From contig CM075990.1 in NCBI GenBank assembly GCA_038087875.1, positions 4,838,001 to 4,902,000 on the forward strand: 64,000 nucleotides of DNA, read 5' to 3'. The number at the start of each line of letters is the position of its first letter. Position 1 is the stretch's first letter. This DNA comes from Malacoraja senta. Its lineage: Eukaryota. Shown one piece after another: positions 38,701 through 51,388 of the stretch. Position numbers and translations under genes: made by a program. The notes below the pieces were generated by a model. That model ran no database searches. It was not told the DNA's origin and worked only from the letters and a program-made list of their open reading frames with translations.

Positions 38701-39540
38701 CAAATGTTTGGCAGATGCAGTATAATATGGATAAATGTGAGGTTATCCACTTTGGTGGCAAAAACGGGAAGGCAGACTATTATCTAAATGGTGGCCGATT
38801 AGGAAATGGGGAGATGCAGCGAGACCTGGGTGTCATGGTACACCAGTCATTGAAAGTAGGCATGCAGGTGCAGCAGGCAGTGAAGAAAGCGAATGTTATG
38901 TTGGCTTTCATAGCAAGAGGATTTGAGTATAGGAGCAGGGAGGTTCTACTGCAGTTGTACAGGGTCTTGGTGAGACCACACCTGGAGTATTGCGTACAGT
39001 TTTGGTCTCCAAATCTGAGGAAGGACATTACAGCCATAGAGGGAGTGCAGAGAAGGTTCACCAGACTGATTCCTGGGATGTCAGGACTTTCATATGAAGA
39101 AAGACTGGATAGACTTGGCTTATACTCGCTAGAATTTAGGAGATTGAGAGGGGATCTTATAGAAACGTACAAAATTCTTATGGGGTTGGACAGGCTAGAT
39201 GCAGGAAGATTGTTCCCGATGTTGGGGAAGTCCAGGACAAGGGGTCACAGCTTAAGGATAAGGGGGAAATCCTTTAAGACCGAGATGAGGAAAAACCTTT
39301 TCACACAGAGAGTGGTGAATCTCTGGAACTCTCTGCCACAGAGGGTAGTTGAGGCCAGTTCATTGGCTATATTTAAGAGGGAGTTAGATGTGGCCCTTGT
39401 GGCTAAGGGGATCAGGGGGTATGGGGAGAAGGCAGGTATGGGATACTGAGTTGGATGATCAGCCATGATCATATTGAATGGCGGTGCAGGCTCGAAGGGC
39501 CGAATGGCCCACTCCTGCACCTATTTTCTATGTATCTATG
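35790..39540 (+). mobile_element. Young CR1 LINE: partial ORF1 (SGNH esterase, frameshifted), intact ORF2, 3' UTR and tail
   Basis: ORF1 motifs IGDS, HIGTND, DGLHLN with a frameshift at the A run ~36024-36030; tail tctatgtatctatg. Confidence 0.95.
36150..39449 (+). CDS. CR1 ORF2: APE endonuclease + reverse transcriptase (true start probably downstream of 36333)
   Basis: Uninterrupted 1099-codon frame; GITETW, MGDFN, SDH; LDFQKAFD, GVPQGSVLGP, FADD. Confidence 0.92.
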   Translation: MEDKCVAEGLVQKAGIQISGSLGPLLWKVRPVQKGWVALEPEGDRYPGGEICKGYWGDFKLEWLGGGTQIENAIRQCVRQEAENESTQTQHVGGKEENNNKQRIRGGGVLKWVSRETEGCKMRAEAIGSKVKSKSGWQTNPGQKSKRATFQHNCIRGKSVVKTSLKALCLNARSIRNKVDELNVQIAINDYDIVGITETWLQGDQGWELNIQGYSIFRRDREKGKGGGVALLVREEINAVERKDISLEDVESVWVELRNTKGQKTLVGVVYRPPSSSSEVGDGIKQEIRNACNKGKTVIMGDFNLHIDWVNQIGRGAEEEDFLECMRDSYLNQHVEEPTREQAILDWVLSNEDGLVSSLVVRAPLGKSDHNMVEFFIRMESDIVNSETTVLNLKKGNFEGMRRELARIDWQLVLKGLTVDMQWKAFKDCVDELQKLFIPVWQKNKSGKVVHPWITREIRDSIKAKGDAYKLARESSIPEDWEKFRDKQRRTKGLIRKGKIDYERKLAGNIKTDCKSFYRYVKRKRLVKTNVGPLQSETGELIMGNKDMADQLNNYFGSVFTKEDINNLPEIAGDRGSKEMEELSEIQVSQEVVLGKLNGLKADKSPGPDRLHPRVLKEVAPEIVDALVIIFQNSLDSGVVPEDWRVANVTPLFKKGGREKTGNYRPASLTSVVGKLLESVIKDGIAAHVESGEIIGQSQHGFTKGKSCLTNLIEFFEDVTSRVDRGEPVDVLYLDFQKAFDKVPHKRLGYKLKSHGIGGSVLMWIENWLANRKQRVGVNGSFSQWQAVTSGVPQGSVLGPQLFTIYINELDEGIESNISKFADDTKLGGSVSCEEDARRLQGDLDRLGEWANVWQMQYNMDKCEVIHFGGKNGKADYYLNGGRLGNGEMQRDLGVMVHQSLKVGMQVQQAVKKANVMLAFIARGFEYRSREVLLQLYRVLVRPHLEYCVQFWSPNLRKDITAIEGVQRRFTRLIPGMSGLSYEERLDRLGLYSLEFRRLRGDLIETYKILMGLDRLDAGRLFPMLGKSRTRGHSLRIRGKSFKTEMRKNLFTQRVVNLWNSLPQRVVEASSLAIFKRELDVALVAKGIRGYGEKAGMGY

Positions 39541-39729
39541 TAACCCACGCCTCCAATTGGAGATTATATGAAGCATAGGAGATATAGGATTTGGAAGCAG
39601 GCAGCTGAAAGGAGTGAAAGGAAGACAATGGCTTTTCATTTATCCAGAAACATATTGTTTCATCTTTGTCCACAGCACCTCCTGCTATGATAAAGTTATA
39701 AACTACATCACTAGCACTTCTATTTTCTA

Positions 39730-40050
39730 AATTAGTTTAGTTCAGAGATACAGCTTGGAAACAGGCCCTTCGGCCCACAGAGTCTGCGCCAACATTCGAT
39801 CGCTCATCAGCACTAGTTTTATGTTATTGCGTTGCCTACGCATTAGGGGCAATTTTAAAGAGGCCAATTATCCCACAAAGCCGCACGTCTTCGGGAGGTG
39901 GGAGGAAACTGGAGCACCTGGAGGAAACCCAGGCGGCTGCAGGGAGAACGTGCAAACTCCACACACACACACAGCACCCGAGGTCAGGATTGAACCCTGG
40001 TCCCCAACACTGTGAGGCAGCAGCTCTACCAGTTGAGTCACTGTGCCAAT
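39730..40050 (-). mobile_element. tRNA-derived SINE (HE1/V-SINE type)
   Basis: Same family as 34920-35215; a + strand partner lies at ~40374-40680. Confidence 0.75.
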
Positions 40051-41167
40051 CATGGATATTCACCCAGTGGCTGCACCATGTCAGTGAACACAGAAGGTCA
40101 TTGTGAACAGCTTTCCACTCAGTGAAATACAAATGAGATCCCATCCACCTGCACCTTCAACTCCAACATTGATTCCACAATCAAGATTAGGAATCATATT
40201 CACCCAACAGTGGAGCCCCTCTCCCCAACATTGAGCATGTACAAAGACTTCCCCTCAAATACCGAGTACATGGGAACCCCTCTCCTAAATACTCCAGATA
40301 ATTGCAACTCCCCATCTCACATAAAACCTCATCCAAAATGTGAAGCTGATTATTTATCCATTGGATCTATTGAGGGCAGCACAGTGGTACAGTGGTAGAG
40401 TTGCTGCCTTTCAGGACCAGAGACTCGGGTTCAATCCTGAGTATGGGTGCCGTCTGAATGGAGTTTGTATGTTCTCCCTGAGACCGCGTGGGTTTTCTCT
40501 GGGTGCTCCGATTTCCTCAACACTCCAAAGACGTACAGGTTTGAAGATGAATTGGCTTTAGTAAAATTGTAAATTGTCCCTAGTGTGTGTAGGATAGTGT
40601 TAGTGTAGGGATGATCGCTGGTTGGCATGGACTCGGTCGGCTGAAGGGTCAGTTTCCGTGCTGTATCTCTATAGCCAAAAGTAAAGAATCAAAGGAATTC
40701 TGAGTATCAGAATGTTTTCAAACTATCAAACATTTAATTCATTCTGTAACACATGCACGTGAATCAAGCAGCGTGCAGTTGGAAATAATCGTGTCAGAAA
40801 TGCTTCTTTAAGACGGTCAAACCCACCGAGTTACTCCTGCATTGTGTGTCTATCTTTAAGAAGGTCTCCCCGCAGTGAGATGGTAAATCTCCAAAGCTTT
40901 AAATTGTGCTGTTCATTGAGGAGGTCAGGCGTAACGAAGGATTTCTCAAATTGACAGAGACGGCTTGACAGGTGAAATAATCTCTTTAAATAACAGCAGC
41001 GGCAGACTCACCCTCACACAGAGCTGTGCGGCCGAGGGTCATCTTGGTGTTGAGGTTGGGAATCGATTCAAGCGCTGCACATTGTTATTTTTATAAAACA
41101 TTCGAAGAGATCAAGTATCTGCCAACGTCAGTCTTGTGGTCTCCTCTGCGCACCTCTCCTGGGAAAC

Positions 41168-41268
41168 ATGCACCTTGTGGCCCAGTTTCTGTTTGCAAAG
41201 CCCAGGGCCATTAAGGCCCCAAAGAAGACTTCTTCAGAAGAAGAGGAATATGACCCTTTTTGGAGAAG
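41168..41268 (+). CDS. Threonine-dehydratase-like gene, coding exon 1
   Basis: aaacATG start, MHLVAQFLFAKPRAIKAPKKTSSEEEEYDPFWR, donor AG|GTTGGG, phase 2 matching exon 2; TATAAAA at 41092. Confidence 0.65.
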
Positions 41269-43805
41269 GTTGGGTTAAACTTATTACTTTTTAGAATGTA
41301 TGGAGTTGGTACGTTCACCCTGTGACCGCGTGGGTTTTCCCCGGGTGCTCCGGCTTCCTCCAAAGTAAAATTGTACATTGTCCCTAGTGTGTGGGATAAT
41401 GCTTGTGTACGGGGCGATCGCTGGTCAGCACGGACTCGGTGGGCCGAAGGGCCTGTTTCCATGCTGTATCTCTAAAGTCTAAAGTAAAGACCTATCTTGC
41501 TGGGATATCCACTGTGTGACCTTCAATGGTTCATGGACTATGCTAGATTGAAACTACCTCTCTTCCTCCTCCTTCTCACCATGGTCCTGCTTCATCTCTT
41601 TATTCTTGCCACAATAATTTGAAGGAAACTCCAGAGTTGGAGCCAGAGTAAGAGAACAGATATGAAAATTAAATGAAAGAGATTTAGCACTGGGAGTTAA
41701 ATCAATGTTCCATAAATTATCTTTGGGGTTAGTTACTGAATTAGATGCAAACATTCTCCTTTCTCCTGCCCCACTTTGCTTCCAGTTTCCCCCCCCCCCC
41801 TAATACAATCAGTCTTAAGAGGTGTCCCAACCCGAAACGTCACCTCTCCATGTTCTCCAGAGATGCTGCCTGACCTGCTGAGTTACTCCAGCACTATGTG
41901 TCTTTTTTTGGTGGCTTAACTGGTCGGACGAAGCAACAGGGAATCACGACAAATGAGTTTAGGATTTGGAGCTCAGCATATTTTATAAACCACTGTAGTA
42001 CGGGCTGGTATGTATGACCTGTGTAGGAAGGAATTGCAGAGGCTGGGTTATACCGAAGATAGGCACAAAGTGCTGGAGTAACTCAGCAGGTCAGGCAGCA
42101 TCTCTGGAGAAAAAGGATGGATGACGTTTTGGGTCGAGACCGTGTGAAGGGACCGTCCTTTTTCTCCAGAGATGCTGCGTGACGCGCTGAGTTACTCCAG
42201 CAGTGTCAGAGAGAGCTAGATAGGGCTCTTAAAAATAGCGGAGTCAGGGGATATGGGGGAAGGCAGGAACGGGGTACTGATTGGGGATGATCAGCCATGA
42301 TCACATTGAATGGCGGTGCTTGCTCGAAGGGCCGAATGGCCTATTCCTGCACCTATTGTCTATTGTCTATTGTCTATTGTCATCAGTAGTGGAGCATTAT
42401 AGATAAAATAATCTATCATCTTCTGTATGATCTGTTTGTTTGCAGCAGAACACATGTAATTCCAAGTAGTTTTTCTAATAACATTTTACGAATCTATATT
42501 CTCCCTATTAATAGTTTTGACTAGAGTTTGTTATCCCTTGCAGTCAGTAACAAGATATACACTGTTTTCGACTGTTTGAGAGGCTGCAGTAATGAACAGC
42601 ATTCTTTTGTATTAGTGAACTATGCGTCATTTCCACCCCATGTTTATTTTTCACTATTATACAGGATTTTGCTTAGCTTTCAGTTTTGATGGAAGATTTA
42701 CATCCAAACAGTTACTCTAAACACACTGCTTGGCCCCATATCCCCAATAGATTGCTGTAATCACTGCAAGCATTTGGTGATAGAAGCGATAGAAATTAAA
42801 CGGCACAAAGTGCTGGAGTAACTTAGCAGGTCAGGTAGTTTCTCCAGAGAACACGGATAGGTGATGATTCGGGTCGAGATGCTTCTTCAGACTCACTTTA
42901 AATCTAAGTCTGGTTCCCGATTCCCCTACTCTGTGCAAGCGATCTTGAACCCTTTTGAGTCGGAGATGTTAAGACAAACTCCCTTCACTCCCTTCATTTG
43001 AGAACTCTTAATTGACTATTTCTGAGATCATGTCCTCACTTTCAATTAGCCCATTTGTGTCTGGAAGGGGCCGTGAACTGTTCACCTTCCGACTGAGGAG
43101 GTGGAGCCACTGTCGAGTCAAAGTAGCATTGTCAACCCTTGCCATGAACATCACGGCTGATCAACAGTTCATTTACCTGTTTACCAAAATGGAGTTGGGT
43201 GCTGGCCCAGTAGTGGATAAGAACAGGTGGCACATACATCATTCCCTCAGGCTCAGGGGGTGGTGGATCTCTGGAATTCTCTCGCCTGGAGGTTTGGGGA
43301 GGCTCGATCACTGGAGCGAATTCAAGAGGAGGTAGAATTATTGAAGAAAAAGCACACAAAGTGCTGGAGTAACTCAGCGGGTCAGGCAGCATCTCTGGAG
43401 AACATGGACAGGCAAAGTTTCGGGACAGGAACTTAATACTGACGAAAAGTTCAGACCCAAAACGTCACCTGTCCATGTTCTCCAAAGATGCCACCTGACC
43501 CGCTGAGTTACTCCAGCACTTTATGTCTTAATTTGTAAACCAGCATCTGTAGTTCCTTCTTTTAGAACCAGTGACAAGTGTATGTTGAATTGTTCAATTA
43601 CCTGCCCTACCTTCTGCTGCCTCTAATTGGCTTTGTTTATTTACGGCTCTGTTTAGCCCACATCTACAGACGTCAATTCTTAAAGAGATTAATCTGCTTA
43701 ATTTATTTCAACACATTTAAGCTGCCGTGACATGGCTGGCGATTTGTATCAACGCAGTTCTCCAAGTCTATTCGGAGGGGTCTGGAAGAATGAAGGCAGA
43801 TCTAA

Positions 43806-44133
43806 GGGGCCTGTCCCACTTCCACGACTTACAGACACCTACGAGTATGTCTACGAATTCCCACGACTATTTCCATGCCCTCCTTACAAGTAAAAAGTTG
43901 CAATTTCTTTCATCCCGGCCATTTTTTTACTCGTGGACATTTTTTATCCGGCTGGAAAAAAGTCCCGATTTACCTGATGCCACGAGTACCTACGGCTGGC
44001 ATAACGAGCCGCTACGATATATCTACGAACTCCTACGACCTCCTACGGACTCGTTACGAACATTCTGCGAGTTTGAATCAAGGGGAAAACTCGGCAGAAT
44101 TTGTGAATAACTTGGGAAAGTGGGACAGGCCCT
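43806..44133. mobile_element. PIF/Harbinger-type MITE in intron 1
   Basis: TIR GGGCCTGTCCCACTT / AAGTGGGACAGGCCC; TAA/TTA flanks. Confidence 0.8.
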
Positions 44134-46571
44134 TTATTGAACCGTCTACGACCCTAAGGGGACATGACAAGGTGTATGTGGAGATACCTCTACTGATGGG
44201 ACAGTCTTTAACGAGGGTACATGGTTACAAGGGTGGGGGTAGGGCATTCAATTCAAACTGAGGAGCGGTGACATTTTTCCCCTCAGGATCTCTGGAATTC
44301 TTCATCCTGGAGGTTTGGGGATGCCAGATCGTTGGTGCTATTTCAACAGGAGGTCGAATTATTGAAAAACAGCGCTTAAGTAACTCAGCGAGTCAGGCAG
44401 CATTTCTGGAGAACATGGATAGGCAAAGGTTCAGGTCAGGACCTTAATACTGAAGAAGGGTCCCGACATGAAACATCACCTGTCATGTTCCTCAGAGATG
44501 CTGCCTGACCCACTGAGTTACTCCAGCGCTTTATGTCTTTCTTTGTTAACCAGCATCGGCAGTTCCTTGTGTCCAGAGTGGCTGCATCATTGGGAATGTG
44601 AGGGGTATGTGGAGTTGTCACTAAACAGGAGATTAGGTCTGGGCCAGATCACCCTCGATCATACTGAATGGCGAGGAAGTCCTGAGCAGCACATGAACCA
44701 CTTTGCCAAGTTCTTCCCCCAATGGCTATCTTGAGGTCCCAGTTGCCAGTCATTTTAACTCCTCTCCACATTCCCACACTGAACTTAGTTTTAGAGATAC
44801 AGCAATGGCAACAGGCCCTTCTGCCCTCCAAGTCCATGTCAACCACTGAACCACTCATTCACATTAGTTCTACATTATCCCACTTTCTCCTCCACTCACT
44901 ACACACTAGAGACGATTTACAGAGGCCAATTAACCCACAACCCCGTACGTCTTTGGCATGTGTGAGAAAATTGGAGCACCCAGAGAAAACCCACACAGTC
45001 ACAAAGAGAACGTACAAACTCAATGGTCAATGGTTTCGTGTACCAGGGTAGAGTGAAATTATTTTTCTGCATACAGTTCAGCAAAGTATTACTACACATG
45101 AGCACAATCGGAGATGAAGTACAAAGTGTATAGAGATAGTCCACTAAGACCATGTACAACAGTCACCAGGTTTTGGTGCCATTTTCAAGATCCAAGTTTC
45201 TTTAAGTGCAGCTGGCCACAAAGGCCTGTTATCCTGACGGCGTTGCAGGGTTGGCCTGGCCAAGCGAAGTTGTCCTCTGCTGCTGCTCCACTGCTCTGTG
45301 TCACTGCAGGTTGCGTACGCTCCATGTGCTCGGTCTCTGGGTGTGGTGCCCGATCCAGTTGAGCCCCATCACCTTGGGCTACATCGTCTTGGTCCTTATC
45401 CTCGTACCGTCTAGCGAGCGTTCATCCCTCTCCTTGCCCGGTCACCGTTCAGTCTTTGTACCCCAGGGGTGCCCCCCCCCCCCCCCCCCCGCCGACCTTG
45501 AGGGCGAGGAAGATAAGACCCTGGTTCCTCTTACCACACAGACAGTACCTGAGGTCAGGATCGTACCTGGGACTCTGCCGCTGTGAGGCATTGATTAACC
45601 GGGAGGAGGCATCAGACACACATTAAAGATACTATCTTTGCATCTTAATGCTTAACATTGTTTCCCTTTCCCCTGACTCTCAGTCTGGAGAAAGGTTTGG
45701 ACCTGAAATGTCACCTATTCCTTTTCTCCAGAGATGCTGTCTGACCTGCTGAGTTACTCCAGGGTTTTGTGTCTATCTTCGGTTTAAACCAGCATCTGCA
45801 GTTCCTTCCTGCACATGAAAACTTTAGTAATGGAGTTACTAAATGGAGATAACTGGCCAGGGGCCACAGTTTAAGAATAAGGGGTAAGGCATTTAGAACG
45901 GAGATGAGGAAACCATTTTTCACATAGAGAGGTGTGAGTCTGTGGAATTCTCTGCCGGTTCTCTGGATACTTTCAAGCGAGAGCTTGATAGGGCTCTTAA
46001 AGATAGCAGAGTCGGGGGATATGGGGAGAAGGTAGGAACGGGGTACTGATCGTGGATGAGCAGCCATGATCACATTGAATGGCGGTGTAGGCTCGAAGGG
46101 CCGAATGGCCTACTCCTGCACCTATTCTCTATTGTCTATTGTCTATTGTCAATTGGAGTCTAAATTATGGAAACAGGCCCTTCTTCCCACTGACTCCATG
46201 TTAACCACCAAGTGCCCATGTACACAAATCCTGCACTGATCCCATTTATTCTCCCAATATTCCCAGGAATATATGTCCAGATTCCACCACTTAGCTATGC
46301 ACTAGGGGCACTTTACTGTGAGCAATGTATTTACCAACCTGCATGGGAGGAAACTGGATACCTGGAGGAAGCCCTTGAGGTAACTGAGAGAACGTGCAAA
46401 CTCCACACAGGCAGCACCCGAGGTCAGTATCGAACCCGGGTCGCTGGAGCTGTGAGGCAGTGGGCTTTACCACCGGAGCCGCTATGGCGCCTGAAGAAAG
46501 GACACGTCCAGGGAAGGAGATCATGATGTTTACTCCCATCTTCATCCTGTCTTCCTTTGTATTTTGTACAG

Positions 46572-46911
46572 TGCTGTGGAAGGGGCTGCGCGGAGTCCAC
46601 AACCCGCGAGTGATGATTCCCAGAGGCAGAGGCAGAGGGATGATCCCATCCGGAACAGATCCGTCGGGCAGAGGCCCATAAACCCAGAGAGGCTCAAGGA
46701 CTTCGGGGAGGACGAGTACGTGGGCAAAGATGTGAAGACATGGGAACTGACAGTAACGGGCCACTCCGAAACCCTGCTCAACACTGGCCAGGACGTGACG
46801 GCCTACAAGACCAGCAGGAGCCCTGAACCCTGCACTAGACAAGCTCCCTTCGAGGACATCAGGACTGCGGCCTTTAAAATCCAACACGGGATCCAGAAAA
46901 CTCCATGCACG
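46572..46911 (+). CDS. Threonine-dehydratase-like gene, exon 2
   Basis: Acceptor ttttgtacag, donor ACG|GTATGT; ...PERLKDFGEDEY...FEDIRTAAFKIQHGIQKTPCT. Confidence 0.85.
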
Positions 46912-47781
46912 GTATGTGGCACCTTTTATTCCGGCAGTTCAATTGACATTCATGAGTTCAAGACCCACTCCAGCACGCACGGATTCTTACTGAAGAATGT
47001 CACACTGTCTGATGTGAAGTCTTTCTGTAACACTCTTGAGTGGGTCTGCAGCAAAGGGCAGAAGCTGGCTTTCTCTGGCTCCTGGTAGAGTTGTAAGTAC
47101 CAATAGCCTTCAATTTCCTTCAGTATAGTGCAGGTCCAAGAAAGCCACTGCACAACAAATGTACTCTACACAATCCAAGATGCATGAAGTAGGAAAGAAC
47201 TGCAGATGCTGGTTTAAATCGAAGATAGACACAAAATACTGCAGTAACTCAGTGGGACAGGCAACATCTCTGGAGAGAAGGAATGGGTGACAATAGACAA
47301 TAGACAATAGACAATAGACAATAGGTGCAGGAGCAGGCCATTCAGCCCTTCGAGCATTCAATGTGATCATGGCTGATCACCCCCAATCAGTACCCCGTTC
47401 CTGCCTTCTCCCCATATCCCCTTGACGTTTCTGGTCGAGACCCTTATTCAAATACATGAATCCACTTTTGTCTTGGTTATCAATAGTTCAATGGTTTCTT
47501 TATTATCATGTGTACCAAGATATAGTGAAATATGTTTTTTGCGCACAGCTCAAGCAAGGTCTGAAGAAGGGACTCGACCCGAGACGTCACCCATTCCTTC
47601 TCTCCGGAGATGCTGCCTGTCCCGCTGTGTTACTCCAGCTTTTTGTGTCTATCTTGGGTTTAAACCAGCACCTGCAGTTCCTTCCTACACATTTCGGCAG
47701 CAGGAATACCACCATACATAAACACAATTCGTTCAGAATGTACAAAACCAACCACTGAGTCTTTATTTCCTCCCTCCCCAG

Positions 47782-47898
47782 TATTCCAGGCTCTCCAAAC
47801 AGTACGGGATGGAAATCTACCTGAAGAAAGAATATCTGCATCACACGGGCAGTGTGAAGGAGCGTGGCGTGTGGTACCTGCTCACCTCTTTGTCACAG
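47782..47898 (+). CDS. Threonine-dehydratase-like gene, exon 3 (PLP-lysine motif)
   Basis: cctccccag acceptor, CAG|GTACAG donor; YSRLSKQYGMEIYLKKEYLHHTGSVKERGVWYLLTSLSQ; absent from the ORF track. Confidence 0.92.
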
Positions 47899-48599
47899 GT
47901 ACAGTCACATTTGCCAGCTAATTCTTCACCATCCCTAACAAAACAACAGCAATCAAAATGCGGATCTCTCTAAGAGGATCAGAAAATACAGGGAATAAGT
48001 ACAGCATCATCGGTTCCATTCGGATTCTGACAACTATAATGTCCAGGTTCAGGAGCAGCTTCTTCAATAAGGCAAAGAAAGCAGTAAATGGAACTGGTAC
48101 AATGGGCTGGATGAACATGGTGGGCTGAAGGGCCTGTTTCTATGCTTTTTGGCTCCATGCCTCCGTCATAGAAATGTCATTCTCCTGTTTAAAGAAGGCA
48201 TAGGAGGCACCTGATTAGATTGTTAATTGGTGAAAATGGAGGGATGAGCTTGAGTGAATGATTGATTGAAAGATATAGCATGGCAACAGGCCCTTCACCC
48301 CACTGAGTCGCGCCCATCATCGATCTCCGGTTCACACTAGTTCTATGTTACTCCACTTTCGCCTCTACTTCCTACACAATCGGGGCCATGTGTAGAGCTC
48401 AATTAACATACAAACCCGCACGTCTTTGGGATGCGGGAGGAAACTGGAGCACCCGGAAGAAACCCACGTAGTCACAGGGAGAATGTGCAAACTCCACACT
48501 GACAGCACCCGAAGTCAGGATCGAACTCAGGTCACCAGCTGCACCACTGTGCCACCCAAGGTTTAGACTGCTTCGTTAGAGGGGAAATGGGATAAATTG

Positions 48600-49497
48600 G
48601 ACAATTCTTTCAATGAATTAGTACAGGCATGAGGGAATACAGGAACTTGACCAGTGCCTTCTGTGCCTGGAGTATAGAGAACTGTCTCATCCTGAACACA
48701 ACTAAGACTAAAGAGATGGTGGTTAACTTTGGCAGGTCCAAGCTCCCCCTCCCCCGCCAGTCAACGCTGCAGGGGCTGACATTGAGGTGGTGCAGACACA
48801 TAAATACCTTGGAGTGCACCTGGATAACAAACTGGACTGGTCTGTCAATTCTGACGCCCTCTACAAAAAAGGCCAGAGCAGACTCCTTTTCCACAGAAGG
48901 CTCACATCCTCCAATGTGCGTAATGATATGCTGCACACGTTTTACAACACTGTGGTCGCAAGTGTTATTCTCTACGCTGTTGTCTGCTGGGGCAACAGCA
49001 TTAGTGCAAAAAACAGCAAGAAGCTGGACAAACTGGTTAAACGGGCTAGCTCAGTGCTGGAGGGGAGAGTGGACTCTGGGATGGATGTGCTTGAGAGGCA
49101 TATGAGGCGCAAGGTGCAGGTCATCCTGAAAAACCCCGGGCATCCCCTCCATGTAATTCTGGGGAGTCAAAAGAGCACTCGGAACAACAACCGGCTCCTC
49201 TCCCTGCCCTGTAGAACGGAGCGGTTCAGGAGATCCTTCACCCCTGCAGCCATTAGATTTTATAATTCGGACCGCTAGGCTGCAGGGGGATGCATTTTTG
49301 CATAATTCTTTTATTTTTTATTGTTAATTATTGGTCTTTTTAAGTATTTATTGCTCTCAGGTATTGTCCACATTGTATTTAATGTGTTTTCTGTCTGCGT
49401 TCGTTTTGAATGTGTGGTTTGTTGGTTGGGGGCTTCTGGACATCTGAATTTCCCTGAGGGGATCAATAAAGTATTTATTATTATTATTATTATTATA
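48600..49497 (+). mobile_element. Rex1/Babar-like LINE 3' fragment
   Basis: LILNTTKTKEMVVNF, HKYLGVHLDNKLDW, RTERFRRSF; (att)n tail. Confidence 0.85.
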
Positions 49498-49684
49498 ACT
49501 TTGATCAGTAAGGGTGTCAGGGGTTATGGGGAGAAGGCAGGAGAATGGGGTTGAGAGGGAAAGATAGATCAGCCATGATAGAATGGTGGAGTAGACTTGA
49601 TGGGCCGAATGGGGTAATTCTGCTCCCACGACATGAACTTTCCGAGCTGTCTGGTTTCATGATCTGTCCCCGTTTGATTTGCAG

Positions 49685-49926
49685 GAACAGCAGAGGAAGG
49701 GTGTGATCCTGGCATCGGACAACGACTTCTCCAAGGCGGTGGCTCACCACGCCACGGTGCTCCACATACCCGTCTTTATCATCCTGTCGGCCAACACCCC
49801 GCCGGGCAGAGTTAAAACCTGCCGCGAGTACGGAGCCATGGTGATCACCTATGGCAGCGGTGCCGAGGAATCCCGGAGCCACGCGCAGAAACTGGCCACT
49901 GAGAATGGCTACCTCTACCTGCAGGA
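49685..49926 (+). CDS. Threonine-dehydratase-like gene, exon 4
   Basis: tttgcag acceptor, GA|GTGAGT donor; EQQRKGVILASDNDFSKAVAHHA...CREYGAMVITYG...ENGYLYLQ. Confidence 0.92.
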
Positions 49927-51222
49927 GTGAGTTACAAACCAGCTGCTTCGTCACAGCCTCGAGCGAACCACAGCGACCAGGCGCAGATTCAACAAGGGAA
50001 CATCATCACTTATAGAGTCATAGAGACATGGAGTCATACTGCATGGAAACAGGCCCTTCGGCCCAACCTGCCCACACCGACCAACATGTCCCATCTGCTC
50101 TAGTCTCACCTGCCCATATCCCCCTAAACCTGTCCTATCCATGTACCTGTCCAAATGTTTCTTAAACATTGCGATACTACCTGCCTCAACTACCTAGCAA
50201 ACTTATCAGCCTCTGATACTCCAGGGGAAACAATCTATATATTTCCAACCTCTCCTGAGAGCTAATGCTCTTTAACCCAGGCAGCATTCTGGCAAGGAAT
50301 CAAAGTGCTGGAGTAACTCAGCAGATCAGGCAGCATCTCTGGAGAACACAGATGGGTGATTTTTCAGATTGGGGCCCTTCTTCAGACCTGCTGAGTTACT
50401 CCCGTATTTTGTGCCCTTTTTGTGTAAACCAGCATCTGCAGTTCCTTTTATTCAGCATTCTAGAAAACCTCCTTTGCATCCTCTCCAAAACCTCCACATC
50501 CTTCCTGCATTGGGGTGACCTGAACTGCACAGAATACTTCAAATGTGGACTGACCAAAGATTTACAAATATGCAACATGACTTCCTGACTCTCATACTCA
50601 ATGCCCCCAAAGGATCATTCATGATAGAACTGTGTACAGAATAGTCAGAAATTTCATGACATCCTTCTGGAGTTTGGAAGGATGAGAGGGGGGACCTCAT
50701 TGAAACTAACCGAATAGTGAAAGGCCTGGATCGGGTGGATGTGGAGAAGATGTTTCCACTAGTGGGAGAGTCTAGGACCAGAGGTCATAGCCTCAGAATT
50801 AAAGGGCATTCCTTGAGGAAGGAGATGAGGAGGAACTTTAGTCAGAGGGTGGTGAATCGGTGGAATTCATATGGATATTCATATGGATATTTTTAAGGCA
50901 GAGATAGATAGATTCTTGATTAGTATGGGTGTCAGGGGTTATGGGGAGAAGGCAGGAGAATGGGATTAAGAGGGAAAGATAGATCAGCCATGATTGAATG
51001 ACGGCGTAGCCTTGATGGGCTGAATGGCCTCACTCTGCTCCTATCACATGAATTTATGAAGAACAGATGCGAGGACTTTACCGTCTCACCTTAAACTTGT
51101 GCCTTTGTGTTTTTATACTGATCACGATGTCTGTGAATTCCCACAGTTCTCCAGGAAAGACTCGGAGCATTAGCCACGTGTCCTACCCGGAGTACTTGAC
51201 TATATTGTTGTCCCTCTGACAG

Positions 51223-51388
51223 GGAGGACAGCACACCATACCTGGCAGGACTGGGCACCATGGGGCTCGAGGTGTACGAGCAGGTGAATAAGCTGGATGC
51301 CGTGATTCTGCCGGCAGGCGGGCAGCGCCACATCCTGGCAGGAGCCGCTGCACCCATCAAACACCTAAACCCCGGCATCACCGTTATT
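51223..51388 (+). CDS. Threonine-dehydratase-like gene, exon 5
   Basis: ctctgacag acceptor, ATT|GTGAGT donor; EDSTPYLAGLGTMGLEVYEQVNKLDAVILPAGGQRHILAGAAAPIKHLNPGITVI. Confidence 0.92.

Noticed and set aside
36330..39520. Minus-strand ORFs overlapping CR1 ORF2
   Set aside because: Antisense shadows of the LINE coding frame
46394..46681. ORF with a hydrophobic stretch (MMFTPIFILSSFVFCTVLW) as an alternative N-terminus
   Set aside because: Starts in a SINE, the stretch is the exon 2 polypyrimidine tract, and it is out of frame with the gene
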